Origin: Calcarisporiella thermophila CBS 279.70
Taxonomy: Eukaryota; Fungi; Calcarisporiellomycota
DNA: 64,000 nucleotides
NCBI RefSeq assembly: GCF_041956535.1
Contig: NW_027192192.1
Span: 307,051-371,050, forward strand
Direction: 5' to 3'
Each line of letters starts with the position of its first letter. The first letter of the stretch is position 1. Of this stretch, positions 1-14,200 are shown piece by piece. The notes below the pieces were generated by a model. The model saw only the letters and a list, made by a program, of their open reading frames with translations. It did not search any database and was not told where the DNA came from. The position numbers and the translations under genes were made by a program.

Positions 1-1878
1 TCGTGGTGGTGAAGGTCGGAAAGCCTAGCGAGCGCTCTCGTCCGGGCAACCGAGGAAAGCGTGACTCGCAAGTCATCTTGATGAGGTTCCTAAACAAGGT
101 GCATTTTGACGCGGAAATGACGCCTCTTGAACTCGAGATTTACCACCAAATGAAGAATGTCATTGGGGTCAATCCGAGCTTTTATGAGTTTATCTTCATG
201 GTTGATGCCGACACAGAGGTACTCCCAGACTCGCTGAGTAGGCTCATCTCCTGCATGAGCCACGATGCTCGCACCATCGGCATTTGCGGCGAAACCCAGC
301 TTGCAAATGAGAACAACTCGTGGATTACCATGATCCAGGTTTGTATGCAGACGCCTTCTTTGGCTGCTGACCCAAACCCAAATCTAACGCACCGCTCCTC
401 TTTCCCCTTGGATGCTCTTAGGTGTACGAGTACTTCATCTCGCATCACATGGCTAAGGCTTTCGAATCCCTCTTCGGTTCTGTGACGTGTCTTCCCGGAT
501 GCTTCTGTATGTATCGCGTGCGCACCTCTGTAAAAAACATACCGCTTATCATCTCTAGCAAGGTAAAGAACACTACCCCTTCACTTCTCACCCATGGTTG
601 TGGGTGGCTCATCTCTACCATTGCTTGCCACAGGTTATCAACGACTACTCTGACAACCACGTGGACACCCTGCACAAGAAGAACTTGCTCTCTCTCGGAG
701 AAGATCGATATCTCACCACCCTTATGATGAAGTATTTCCCCCAATATAAGATGACGTTCACCCCGCACGCCAAATGTAAGACGACCGCTCCGGACCGGTG
801 GAACATTCTGCTGTCTCAGCGCCGGCGCTGGATCAACTCGACCATCCACAATCTTTTCGAGCTGATTTTCCTCCCGGAGATGTGCGGCTTCTGCTGCTTC
901 TCGATGCGATTCGTGGTGTTCGTGGACCTCCTTAGCACGTTCATCCTGCCGGTGACCGTGATCTACCTTGGGTACCTCCTTTATATCCTGATCACCGCCC
1001 GCGACACCCTTCCCAAGGTCGCGTTTATCATGCTGGCGGCCGTGTACGGGCTGCAAGCGGTGATCTTCATCCTGCGAAGGCAGTGGCAGCATGTGGGGTG
1101 GATGGTCATCTACCTGATTGCCCTCCCGATCTTTGCCTTCTTTATCCCTCTCTATGCATTTTGGCACTTTGATGATTTCTCGTGGGGGAACACGCGTGTC
1201 GTGGTGGGGGAGGGGAAGAAGCAGATTATTGTGGAGGATGACGAGCAATTCGACGAGAAGATGATCCCCATGAAGAAGTGGAGCACCTACGAGCAAGAGC
1301 TGTGGGAGGGCGGGTCCATGAGTGGAAGGAGCGGATCGGAGACGGTGAGCGGCGGGTCGTTCCGCGGGATCGCCAGATCGTTTGTGGAGTCCCCTGGCAG
1401 CGTGATTGGGGGGGTTGGACCAGAGCCCGATATGGATTACTACAGGGACACCCACTTGACCCGCGGGAGCGGCTTCAGCTGGAACGAGCGGGATGAGGTC
1501 GACTACGATGGAGGCAGGCGGGTATCCCGGGGCATCTCCCAGGATTATGGGGGGAGCGGGGCCGGGTGGGAAACGGCGACCAACCCCGGACGTCGCAAGC
1601 ATGGGAGCAGCGCCTCAATCCACACCACCTCCCGGGGCGCGCGCCCCACCTCTGGCTCCAGCTACCTTCAGCAGCCTCAGCAGCCAAGGCGCCGGGACCG
1701 TGACGAAGACGAGGAAATCATTGCAGAGGTGCGCAAGATCCTTGCGGATGCGGACCTCATGAGCACGACAAAGAAACAAGTGCGCGAGAGTGTTGGGGCG
1801 AGGTTGGGCTTGGATTTGAGTGGACGAAAGGAGTACATCAACTCGATAATAGATGCAGTGCTGCAAGGAAGAATCTAA
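1..1878 (+). CDS. Chitin synthase, division 2 (class V/VII type, C-terminal DEK_C domain); 5'-truncated, 2 introns (~339-421, ~562-632)
   Basis: Motifs [45 protein letters not shown] and [12 protein letters not shown]; C-terminal DEK_C-like [23 protein letters not shown]. Confidence 0.95.
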
Positions 1879-2193
1879 AGAACTCGACATACGCTATATG
1901 CTGGGCAATCCTGACATGAAAATGGAAGACAGCCGGTGTCCCACGCGGCCGATACTTTTCTTTACTATCTGTTTTTTTACTCTTCATTTATTCAATCACA
2001 CAAATTTTTCTATATATCTCCTCCTCTCCTCAGTTTTTTCTGGTTTTTTTAGTATAATTAACACCTTGCACTTTTACAATAATATAATGTCTCTCTCCAT
2101 CGGATTTATGGTTTATTCCTCGACAGTCTATATTTTTAGCAGGCTATTTACAAGTAACGCTATAGGATGTGACAAAGAAAGAAGCGAGACTGC

Positions 2194-2589
2194 TTATGTA
2201 TTTGGGCGTTGGCTCTGTCCCGCTTTTTCCCCTTTCTCCCCCTCTCTCGCCTTTGCCTCCTGACCAAACCCAAGATTAACCCAATCGTCTTTCTCCATGA
2301 GGCCCCGCTCCATCCGGCACTCCAAGTAAGCGCGCGACAGCTCTCTGCATACACCGTTGTCATTCTTGTTCTGCCGAAGGCAGAGCAGGTATTTTTTGAC
2401 CAATTCCTTGCACTCTCCTGTAGAAAACAAAGGGGTGCGAAAATTAGTTCATCGGGGAGGTTCAGATCACTCTCGTGGGTAGACATGGAGAGAATGAAGC
2501 ATACCATCGTGGTCGAGGGGAAAGCTGCCGCGATCTGGAGGTGCGGGGGTGAATGAACCTCCGGTAGAGGGTGGGCGGCCAAAACTCAT
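2194..2589 (-). CDS. COX19: Cytochrome c oxidase assembly protein COX19 (twin CX9C), 1 intron
   Basis: Exon 1 MSFGRPP...PPDRGSFPLDHD joins GECKELVKKYLLCL...CRELSRAYLECRMERGLM..DDWVNLGF. Confidence 0.92.
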
Positions 2590-4478
2590 TCTTATTCTTT
2601 GCTGTTTGGACTTGCAACAGGATTCTTTTCATGCTGTATGGTTGTCCTAGAGATTTGAGGCTACAGAGCTGCGCCACTTGTGGCTTGTCCGTATAGCCAT
2701 AGCAGCATCCGAGGAATAGGTTAGAAACAAAAGCGGGGTAAAAATTTTCTTAGGAAATAAAGCACATAATAGTTATTCTTCAGGCCAAATTTAATATGAC
2801 GTGAGAAATGGAAAAGAGAAAAAAAAAAAAGCTAAAAGATTAACGAGAACACAAGCAAAATAACAATAGATGATAAGCATTATTTGAACTTGTATAGCTT
2901 AACTCTATGGAAAATTTGCTCATAAAAGGAAACCTCCAGGTCCCGATAAGCATAGCCCGAGAGAATATCGGCTCCCTCAGCGACAAAGCGGTGAGGAGTG
3001 AGAAATCAGCAACACTACGTGGGAAAAGCATCAGGTAATCCCCTGCGGCGGACGGGCGTCGGCGCGACAGAGGGGCCGTTTTTGTAGAGATAGGGTTGCG
3101 AGCCGAAAGAAACTTCAAGGCGTGCCATTATCGCGCACCCATGCAAAACAGAGTGTGGCCGTTGTAGAGTGTCTGAAGGCAATTTTAACTTTGGGATCAT
3201 ACCAAGTTAGCATAGATGCAGCTCAATCCCCTCACTCATGCGCGCGCGTAACACGCGCCCCTAAGCGGATGCTCGTTGGTCTCTCTCCCCTGAGCCGCCT
3301 GACCCCCAGCCAGACAACCCCCTCCCCCTCGAATTGAGTGTGTGTTCTCTTGGCGATGTCGGCTGAGCCTTGGCATCCCTCCCGCCCCCTCCTCCACAAT
3401 TCCTTTAATACTGCGGAATGAACTGTATTAACACAGCGCATTTTTCGGTGTAGATTTCTCATCCCCTTGAAGCTCTATAGGCCGGGAGGAACTCGGTCTT
3501 GTTCTCATCTGAGGAGCCATGATCACGCTGTTTGCTATGAGGGCATCGGGTGTATATCCTCCATTTGTGGTTGATAGCTGATTGCGCTGATAATGTCGGA
3601 TTGTGCACCTACGAGTCATCCTCACAGAATCCTATTATGGGTATCCGGATCCTTGACCGAAACCCGATGTACAACCATGCGGAGAAAGAAGAGGGATTTC
3701 TATTTTCCCCTGTCCTGCCCTGATGACCCCTGGTGAGATCATCGTTCGCCCCCTCGGCTCGTATTAGCAATGCTAGCCTTGCCTCTATCGCGCTCCGCAC
3801 AAGCGATAAAAGTGGCTAGCGTCTTCTTACGTTATCGCGCAAGACATCATAGCAATAATGCTGGAGCGCACAACGTTCGGGTATTCCCTTCATGTTGGCC
3901 GAAATTATACACGCTCAGTAGGGGATTTAGAAGGCAGCGGTTCGTTTGGGACACCGAACCCGAGATGCCGCGGTGGCCGTGAAAGTTAAGTCTTATCATG
4001 GTGTGGGGGCAAGCTGGCTCTGGGTGCATGCAACGCGGGCCAACTCTCATGGGGCCCATCAGGAGGAGGGTTCCCGTTTTGGTAGGGTGCCACTGGAATC
4101 CCGCCTCGGAGCTGTACTAACTTTCGTGCTTTCGTACATCGAGCGTCGCGAGCACAAGCAATGCACCACATGCAGTAACAAGCAAATTGGCGGTAGTTTT
4201 CCGCATTGGAGGCGGTTGCGAACTTAAGACGCCGGATGTAGCGGCGAGGGGAGTGGGGATCCTGTTTATCTCTTGTGCCACTCCGGGTCCGGCCACGAAA
4301 ATCCGACTTCAATAAACGCTCCGTGCATGTGAACGGTTATAAGGCGAAGCTTGCCCCGCGCTTTTCCTTTGCTTTTTTGTTCTCCCTTGTATGTCGATTG
4401 CTCGTAGCCGTTTGTTGGGTAACCCGACGAACCTCAAAGCTCAGCCAGCCGCTTCGATTGCGCATTGAATCCCTTGAG

Positions 4479-5399
4479 ATGGAATGCGATTACACCATTT
4501 CCGCCCGCTATCATCCCTACCTTCGAATGTCCCCATCCGCTCGATCGCCACCCGCCCCTGGGGGCGTCAATGACCCCTACCTGCATGCCACATTGCCTGG
4601 TCCTTCCAACAGCTATCCAGTAACGCCAATCCTGCACCCTCTGAGCCCCTATCCATTGCTGCCAGAAGAGCTGCCAGGTCCTAAAGAGCCCAAAAACCCT
4701 TCGCTCTTGGCATTCGTCCCAGACGGTTTGGAATGGAGCCCATCTCCCCAAATGTACCCAAGCCCATCCCTAACGGATTTCTCTCCGAATGAAGTCATGT
4801 CCTCGACATCGCCGGCATCCTCAGCATGGGAATCAGCCAATGTAAATCTTGGCATGAATGAGACTTCTGAATGTTTCGAAGAGATGCAGGATTTAAGCCA
4901 ACCTTTCAGAATGGATGACCAGCTATTATACATGTACCAGGAGCTTCAAGTCAGCAACCCTTCATCTGATCCTTTCCTCCCTACGAAGTCTCCCCATCTC
5001 ATGCCGAACACACCGATGTTTCCCTTCCTTACCGCTTCTCCCGCCTCTCCCGCTTCTGAGCATAGCCAATCTCCCGGCACACTCCCCTTAAGCACTTACA
5101 TAAGGAATGGTCCTCCCCCTGTTCCCCATTTATGTCATATCTGCTCGAAGTCTTTCACCCGCCCTTACAACCTGAAATCTCATATGCGAACGCACACCAA
5201 AGAGCGGCCCTTTGCTTGTCCGCACCCTGGCTGTAAGAGAGCTTTTTCGCGACAACATGATTGTAATAGACACGCTAAACTTCATACGGGGGTCAAGCCG
5301 TTTTCCTGCGTCTTCTGTGGAAAAAACTTCGCAAGACAAGATGCATTAAACAGACACCAACGGACAGAGTCTGGTAATTGCGCCAAGAGTGACCGGTGA
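4479..5399 (+). CDS. C2H2 zinc-finger transcription factor with Crz1/CrzA-type DNA-binding domain
   Basis: Three fingers: [61 protein letters not shown]; S/P-rich N-terminus; first ATG at 4479. Confidence 0.85.
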   Translation: MECDYTISARYHPYLRMSPSARSPPAPGGVNDPYLHATLPGPSNSYPVTPILHPLSPYPLLPEELPGPKEPKNPSLLAFVPDGLEWSPSPQMYPSPSLTDFSPNEVMSSTSPASSAWESANVNLGMNETSECFEEMQDLSQPFRMDDQLLYMYQELQVSNPSSDPFLPTKSPHLMPNTPMFPFLTASPASPASEHSQSPGTLPLSTYIRNGPPPVPHLCHICSKSFTRPYNLKSHMRTHTKERPFACPHPGCKRAFSRQHDCNRHAKLHTGVKPFSCVFCGKNFARQDALNRHQRTESGNCAKSDR

Positions 5400-6327
5400 T
5401 CCTTGAGCTGATGACCATGTTAAGGTTTATTTCTATTCTTGTCCTCCAAACTCTTCCATCTGCATGCTCCCCTGCTATTTTATATTATACCCGCCGATGT
5501 AAAGAAGATGGGGCGTGTATATTCTCCCTGTACACATTTATTATTTACTCCATCTTTTTTGTATTATATCCGGTCTACTCATCTCGTGTACGGTTTATCT
5601 ATATTAAACTAGGCCCATATATACCCTATTTTCCTCTTTCACCCACTATTTGTCCCCAGGCCGGTTCCTTGCCTCCTCCCTATTGTGGCGTTGAATGGTC
5701 TTCGATCCGACCTAGAGTCAAATAAAGTGACTGACCAGAAGGTCGGCATTTCTCACTTTAAGGAGAGGATAATTTCTATGCAGACATTTCTCTTAGCAAG
5801 CTGAAACCATCCTGTTCTAATAGAACACTTGATGATGGCGCTCGAGGAGATGGCCCATCTTCATTCCATTTATTGGCCAGTTGTGTGTAGAGAGCAAATA
5901 TAAGTTCAAAGCACACTGCTTATTTCGATTTGGATTATCCTACCGATAAGCATCTCGCGCATTAACAATGGTTTCCCAATGACGCTATTTTGGTACGAAC
6001 TACAAATGTTGTGAGAGGGTGTACCTTGAAATTTGTGAGACGAAATACAGAAAAGCTTAATTTCAACTATTACTTCCCCATGCTTTTATGGAAAGTAAAT
6101 GTCTTAAAATAGCTTCAAAGAGGGGAGGAGAGGATTCATATATCAACTTAGAGAGGTCGCATCCATCTTACAAAAACGATAGATCGATTACAATAACACC
6201 GAATAATATGACTTTGAACCTCTGTGGAGAATTAATGATTTTGGATGTTTGGTAAAAATTATATAGTTATCAAAATATTTTATTTTTGTTCATAGTATTT
6301 TAATATATTTGAAAAAAAGGAACACTC

Positions 6328-6795
6328 TTAAGATGGACAATAAGAGTATCCATAGAAGCATGCAATATTTCCTTTCGAATGAGATCTTTGCGCACATCGA
6401 CATTCGACGGAACCAGCAGAAGTTCTACAACATTTAAGCTGCAAACTAGTGCATTGAACCTGTCCGCTACCAGCACAGTCGGGGTTTTCGTAAGCATGGC
6501 TGGAGCCAAATCCAGTGTATCGGTTGTCTACTTCTAGTTTATACCAGCAAGAACCTTGATTTGTCCCTGAGCGACCTCCCGCAGAACCAGGTGGGGCCCA
6601 GCATCAATTATTATATCCATTCCACACCTTGGTGGTCCGGCATCGAAAATCGTCGCTAAATACTGAGCGGTCTAACCTATATCCGTCATTGTAGTCGTCA
6701 TGAGTGCATTCAATTGTAACCGACTCAGATGTATCGTCCCCGCGGATTGGGGAGAGAGTTCCCAGAAGTACTGTGAGAATGATTAAGACGCGCAT
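6328..6795 (-). CDS. Secreted cysteine-rich protein ORF (155 codons) with one in-frame TGA at 6604-6606; either a recent nonsense pseudogene or a recoded gene
   Basis: Signal peptide MRVLIILTVLLGTLSPIRG; the frame continues past TGA as CWAPPGSAGGRSGTNQGSCWYKLEVDNRYTGFGSSHAYENPDCAGSGQVQCTSLQLKCCRTSAGSVECRCAQRSHSKGNIACFYGYSYCPS-TAA(6328); 12 Cys. Confidence 0.6.
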
Positions 6796-7737
6796 GCTGA
6801 CAATAAAGATAGTTAACGTAATTGATTGTGGTGTTAACTTGATTGAAGTGTAAGCTTTTGGATCACTTTAAATAGATGTTCTGAAAAGCCTAGACTTTGG
6901 AAAAGGAAGCCAGTGGCGAACCTGATCATAATTTTTTTTTCGAGAAACAATTAACTGTTGGACTTTACTTTGGAAAAACCAACGCTAAACTACGTCAAAA
7001 AACAGGTAAACAGTCTTTGTGTCTTCTCGATACAACTATTCTTGCCCCAAAACTTTTTACTAGCATATATCTGCTTATGTGATAGGAATTATGAACCAAC
7101 CCACTATAAAGACTCCAACTGCCAACACGAACCTATCACATAACCTAAGAATTGTGATCGGGTCCTCCACTGGCTTCCTTTTCCAAAGTCTAGGCTTTTC
7201 AGAACATCTACTTAAAGAGATCCAGAAATGCAACCAGGGGTTCGTGAATCTTCCACGCTACCATTCACACGTTTATGCAATCCAATCTTTTTCGATAAAG
7301 AACCTACTACTTGGAATTACGTATGGTATTTCAAATTAAACTTATTCGAAGACACCAGATAGTTTGTTAGAAACATCTACAGTACATGCCATTCAACCTC
7401 CCGGATTCCAAGTTCCGAAATAGTACCATTGCCTATTAAACCCTCTTTGGGCAGTTTGAGGTAAACATAATTATTAGTGATAATGTGCTGGTCAATCGAG
7501 AAAAATCTTAGTGTATAGTAAATATCCCTTCGTACGGGCATCTTTAACATTCCTGTGCGTTCGGTGCAAATTAATGCAGCGGCTTGAATAGGAATCTGAA
7601 ATTACAATATTTATTATATGTATTTTTGATTTAAACACGTATACATTAAAAGCACCATTTTATTCAACTTGGATCAAGAAAAAAAAAAGGACATCTACTG
7701 TCTATATTCTCTATTCATAAACAAACGAAAATGATAT

Positions 7738-10564
7738 CTATAGGTCCATTAAACCAAAGTGCTGTGCCTGAACCACCTCACGCAAGAAGGCGTCCACCGT
7801 GCGTCTCAGCTCTTCCCGCGCATACTCCTCGCCGCGACTACTTCCAAGTTCACAATAGTACTTGATCTTGGGTTCGGTTCCACTATTGGTTCAAGAAAGA
7901 ATTGTGATCAGTGAGATTATTCAACTATCGATAAAAGCCTTCTATCGTGTCCCTTCTTCTTTCTGTTAAATAGTACCTTGTGCGAAGAGTAATCTCTACT
8001 TGATTTTCTAGCCAGAAGGTAATCATTTGGGAGGATCGCGAGACGGGAAGACGTGGTTTATTATCCAGCTCATTTGAATCATAGCCAACGGTAAGGTCAC
8101 GCACACGCAGGACCTTGTGCGAACCAACCAACTCTGGGTAGCATAAAGTATCATTTTCCCCAATCGACTTTTTGCCATAGCGAATGCGGTTGAACAGGGC
8201 TGAAATAGTCTCGGGTGAGTGGCAGATAAGATACGAGTTCTGACTTACAAAATAACCGTATCTGAAATAGGCGAGCACAAACACAAATGAGAGCTCGGAT
8301 AAGCATCAAAGAATAAAAGCAAATCCAATCAAGGCTCACTTTTGATACAGGGATTCCAGGTATTGAAGCACGGTGGTGTCTTGCGCGGCAAGTTCTACCG
8401 CAAGCTCGGCAAAAGTGGCGGCCGCACTGACACCATCTTTATCTCGGACGATGTCGCTGATCATGAACCCTTTGATGGAAGACGTGAAATGGTGAAACTG
8501 TCTTTTAGTTGCCGTGTAACACGAGAAAAACGATGCTAAGCCTTACCGATGGCTTCCTCAAATGCGAAGACCACATCTGCTCCTTCCGATTCCATCTGAA
8601 TGGCACGATTGCCAATCCATTTGAAGCCGGTGAGAGTTTCATCGAACTGGAAACCCTCGACTTCGGCCATTTTGCGAAGCATTTTCGAGGAGACTACGCT
8701 GCACAGCATAGCTGCCTTACCTATTGAGATTGAAGATTAAATGCATACTCTTAGTAAATGAAATTAAATTTGGTTTTTCGATGGATATATTACTGATGGG
8801 CTTAGCCGAGGCTCGGTATTTCTTAAGCGCAGCCGATGCCAAGATGATACCTAGCTGATTGCCTGTAAATATGTGCCATTGGCCACTACAGAAGCGAAAA
8901 TTGTCGTTATATTACTCGTTCGCACGTGAATATATTGTCTATGCAACTTACTTCTCCTTCTTTTCAGCAGCGGCGAGACGATCCGCATCCGGATCATTAG
9001 CAATGATTAGACGCGCACCAACCTGTTCTGCTGTCTTAAATGAAAGTGCCTGCATTTTGACATATTCAATGTCAATATATTCCACTTAACATGCATGTAC
9101 TTCAGGAGGATATCTTACTAGTGATCCTGTAGCCACGTAGAGTTAATAAATAAGGAGTAAATAATAAATTGGTTCAAATGTGGTAATATAGCAATGCTCA
9201 CCTTCGCCTTCTTCAGGATTGGGGAACTCAACCGTGGGGAAATCTGGATCTGGCTCAACCTATGCAGAAAGCTGGTTATAGCATTTGGAATACGGGGGTG
9301 ATAATGGAGATGGTATACTTGTTCTTTGACCGGAATATAGGGTTTAAGTCCAAACTCCTCAAAGGCCCGCTTTACAAACTGAGCGCCTACACCATGCATG
9401 GCGGTATAAACAATGGGCAAGGTAGACATGGAGTTGGCCTCACGATTACTGCAGATGGCTGATAGATCTTGGAAGTAGAGATCCGCGATTCTCGCACTTG
9501 GATCGGTGCAGAGGGGATGGTTGTCAACAAGAGATTCATCCCATAGCCATGGTTCGAGATTCTGCTCAATTGCGGAGGCAATTCCTTGGTCATGGGGAGG
9601 AATGATCTATGTAATCGGATGGGGAGAGTGTCCAAAAAAAGAGTGGATCTCATGAATGAAAATAAGGGTAGGCTTACTTGGCAGGCATTTCCCCAATATC
9701 TGTAAATAATATTAGATTTGAAAACATACCTTAGTCACAAAATGAAGAAATAGAGTTGATGGGATGCAATACTTACACTTTGTAACCGTTGTCGTTCTTT
9801 GGATTCTGGAGTAGATTTTTAACAGATTAAAATTGGTGCATAAGATATTGGAAAGAAACGTGGTATCGGACTATACTTACATGTGAGGCGGTAATCATGA
9901 TACCGCAGGCAGCCTTCAATGTTTTGACCCCATATGGCTTTAGGAAGATGAAAATGAATGAAATACGAGTTAATTGGCTATTGATAACGTCAATATAGTT
10001 ACCACCAAAGGAGTGTGGACCAAGTCTCGATAGAAATAAACTTTGACGGATTTGGAGAGGAACACTGCAGCAGCAAGTCGAGCAAAAGTTTCGGAATGGT
10101 GACGATGGTCATGTCCAATGACAATTCCTCGCGACGCAGCGTCCGGAACGGTGGAGAGAATGTATTGGCACAGTCCCTATTAAGATAGTTTTAGTATATT
10201 GTGAGAAAGAGAGAGAGAATATATAAAAATAGCTGCCTGGGTGGCCTGAATGACTGTTAAATCGTTCATCCTCGAGAAACCCGCCTCCATGCTTGCACGA
10301 AGCCCTGTCAATCCAATATATAAGTATAGGCATATAATAGAGTCGAATTTTAGGGTTTACCCGCCGTGCCAAACTGAATCCGCTTCCGCAAGCGATCTTC
10401 AAGTCCAGCATAATCTTTGGACTCCAGCATGTCGGCAATTTCCTTGCGAGTCTCGGGATTCTAAAGTGAGAATTAATTTCGAAGTCATTGCCCCTGAACA
10501 GGAATGAAAATACCTTATCAAGCCGGAGCCATTCTTGAGCCAGCTGTTCAATAGAGGGTTGCAT
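7738..10564 (-). CDS. Phosphoglucomutase/phosphopentomutase (PGM2 / yeast Pgm3-Prm15 family), many introns
   Basis: Spliced motifs FGTAGLR, MITASHNP..DNGYKVYW, YTAMHGVG, NDPDADR, FAFEEAIG, DKDGV, TLRTSGTEPKIKYY. Confidence 0.93.
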
Positions 10565-11229
10565 GGTGTTTTCTTTCTTTGATATACCTGTGGACACTCT
10601 TAATGAGCGCTGAAAAGCAAGAAGAAAAATACTAAGCGTTCGTTACTTATAGCTTTTTTGTCACACGGTGACTGCCGATTCGGCTCTCTTTTTCATATAA
10701 ATTTCAATTTTGCTTGTTCACTTCTTTTGTTTTTTAAGAGAAATTAAGGGGGGAGCATGGAATCATCCGTGACATGTTCAATTACCTTGCAATGGTATGT
10801 ATATTCACATATACATTCATCATTGTAATTTTTCTTCGAGAGAGATATTCAATCGTTGAGTCCGGTTGCACCACATCTTAATGGTGAAACCGGAATTGAG
10901 TATTGAGACATTATTGCAAAAAATAATAAACATATATATATAAACGTTTTTACCCAAACGCATAATAAACAGACCCAAAAAAAACTAACTGATGTAGGGA
11001 AATATTCTCTCCAAGATTTTGAACATCTAACGTGTGATCCGCATATAAAGACATTCTATGTTAGTTTGTTTATAAAGGTGACTATGAAACTTATCTCGAA
11101 TACGTCACCAAGTTGATTTATTTTCTTTTACTTCAACTGCCTCAACTTTAACTACTTTGTTTCTTAAAAAGTGGTAGTAACCTATAAAGATTGCCAAAGG
11201 AGAGCGTCTTAATTTTATTTCAAAACATT

Positions 11230-14200
11230 ATGCAGACAAACACCATGAATTTTGGTCCAGAGTGGTGAGCCATCGTTCTTTTTATGATCTTGCCAATTGA
11301 AAGTGTTTTAAACGCGATGTTCCTTGCCAACCTGCCGTTTATGCACTTCCGACTGGCAATTCCATTCCAAGCTCGATAGCAGCTATCTCAACTCAAATTC
11401 TTTGCTATATTTACAGGATGAGGCGGTTCCCAAAATCTTCAACAGGGGACAGTACCGCTGCCCGCTCTGGATCTCCTACTTCCCAGAATGCTTCAAGTTT
11501 GCCAAACGCATCTTCTAGCCAGCAATCCTTCTCTTATTCATCCATTGCTGCAGGCTCTTCAAATGCTCGCCAAGGCACCGAGATCGTTGAAAACAAACTG
11601 ACTTCGGATGTTACAATCACAGACAAACTGAATCCTTTCAAATACTCAAGGGAGCTTATGCTGTCACTATTCAAGGCGAGTGAGATTCCGCTCGAGTTTG
11701 AGAGGTACGAATGTGTTACTGCCGAGGAGGGATTCCCGCCATTATCTCTTATACCTATGACAGAAGAGGAAAAAAAGGTACACGGTTGATTTGTTTTTTT
11801 TTTGGATAGATTGCTAATTAAATCTGGATGTTTAATTAGCTTTTCTCCGGTAATGTAAACTCTGATATAACCCGACGTATGGTCAATCACACGCCAAATG
11901 AGCGCGGTGAGCGACCAGAGAGACATTCTCGTGATCGTCGCAGTTCAGTTACATCTCCTGCAGAACGACAGGGTGCAAGAGGAAGAGGTATTTGCTTCAA
12001 GAGCAATTCGGATGGCTGAACTAGTGCATGACTAATTTCGTGCTCATGTGAATGAACAGGGCGCGATTATTTTTCATCCAAGAATAAGGAAGAGGGTGCT
12101 AAAGAGGACGATCGCAGTGCTGAGGCTGGAGAACAGGCAAGGTCTCGCTCTCATGGCTTAAACTTGGATCATGACCAGAAAACGCAAGAGCTCTCGGGGC
12201 AAGATATGTGGGGTGGAGCGTCGCGTTACACTGTTGGCTCATTTGATGCTGACGGGGTATTCCGCGTGGGAGGCTCTGCTGGAGAATTGCTAGAGCAGCC
12301 AAATGTAGACAAGCAAGTGGCAGGGAACGGTGAACTGCCGGCCGAGAGTTTAGCTTCACACAAAACATCCCTCCCGGATGAGCCTTCCGTCGACCGATTG
12401 GAAACAAAGGTACAAGCCAGAGATTGTATTTCTAATAGATCCAAGTCTAACCCTCCTTGTTTAGCATAAGGATGATGGTGAACAAACAAGTTTGCAAAGC
12501 AAGCCACCGCAAGAAAGCCATGCAGATCAAAGCAGCAGCGAGGTAGAGGTTGCCAGTGAACTTGGCTCAGTCCTTCGTACTTCGCAACAAGACACATCTG
12601 CAAAGGAACATGTGGGTTCCCGCTTCCCAGCCCATTCAAGCCGATCTTTTGACGTTTCTCATGATGACGACGTTTTGAAGGAGGCGTTTTCTTTCACTTC
12701 CCCCGGTCCGTCTCGCGGTTCCCCCTTTACCTCTCCTATCACCTCCAATCCCAAACCTCAAAACATTTTAGCTGGGGGATTCAATACAGCCAGTGAAGCA
12801 GCATCTGCTCTTTATAATGAAATCCCTCTTCGAAGCCCTCCGATCAAGTCTCAGTGGTTTTATGAGGATACTTCTGGGAGTGTTCAAGGTCTGTATACTT
12901 TTGAAACCGAGTTTATCCCCGTTAGCTCGATCCCTAACCCCTATGTTTATAGGCCCGTTTTCCAGCAAAGAAATGCATGATTGGTATAAGGCAGGATTCT
13001 TTAGCCACAGCTTACTTGTAAGACGTGAGGATGAAGCGCGATTTAGGCCGCTTGGTTTGCTAATCAGCGAAGTGGGCGAAGAGCAGCCATTCTTATCTCA
13101 GCAGCGTCACTCTCCTCTTCCAATTTCGATGCAACAGATGCCTTCTCGCATCCTACAAGATCCACTAAACCGAAATCTATTCGGGCCTGGACCAGGGTCT
13201 CCGGGTGTTCAGTCCCAAGCACAAGATCAATCTTCCATTCTCCTTCAGAAGCAGGATATTCACCAGAGATACGGTCATTTTACCAGTCTCTCAACCCAGC
13301 CCCCCCTCGCCTCTCCCTTCAGTGGCTCTAACTTTAATAGCTCCAATTTCAGTGGCGAGCCGTTACATCACCGCTTAGGTTTATTTGATCGTACCTCTTC
13401 CGTTGAAGCTGGGTGGGGAGATATCGGCGCTGGGAGACTGGGCGGCAATCAGCTCTACGGCATGTTCGGAGGTGGATCACCCGCAGTTGGCCCAGGAATC
13501 CAACGCGCTAATTCGTCATTCAACGCATCGAATACGGCAGGCTTTGCTGGTTCACTGCCTCAAGTCCAGCCTCAGCAGGACAGCTTCGATCACCAACGTC
13601 TACTTGCTCAGCAGCTTGAACGGCAACAGTTCCTACACCTCCTTCAGCAGCGTAAACAGTTTCTTTCGCACCAACAACAGCAGCTACCTTTGCATCAGCA
13701 ACAGCAACTTCTGCAGCAACTTCCGCACCAAACTCGCCACGCGGCATTCTTCCAGCCTCCACAACAGAATCAGAATCTACAAGAAGACTTTCTTTCATAT
13801 CCTGGGCTTGGCGACCATCAACTCTCGACTTCCTCCACAACATCCCAGGGCTTTTCCGCTACCCTTTCAAACCCCTCATTCAATGAAAATCCAATAACCA
13901 CACCTAACTGGCCCTTGGCAAGTCTTGACCGCAAGCCTTTAGGAGAAAATAATGTCATGGCTAATGACTGGGGAGGACAGCTGTCATCAGTTGGCGCGCG
14001 GCTTCCTACAGAGGGCGGATTTTTTGGAGCCGATAACGCCATCCTTGGTAGTCTAAAACCGATCACCCCCATCCATACGCAAGAAACTAGTCGTGAACAG
14101 CCAGGGGCTTCTGTTCTTTCTCCTGTCTCGTACCCACCCGAAAATCCACTCTCACCACCCCAAAGCATTCAACCCCAAAGCATTCAACCCCAGCCAGTCG

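Noticed and set aside
445-1602. Long antisense and alternative-frame ORFs (445-1602, 60449-61801, 60369-61052, 14420-15106, 41541-42173)
   Set aside because: Shadow ORFs of conserved genes caused by GC3 bias; no recognisable motifs.
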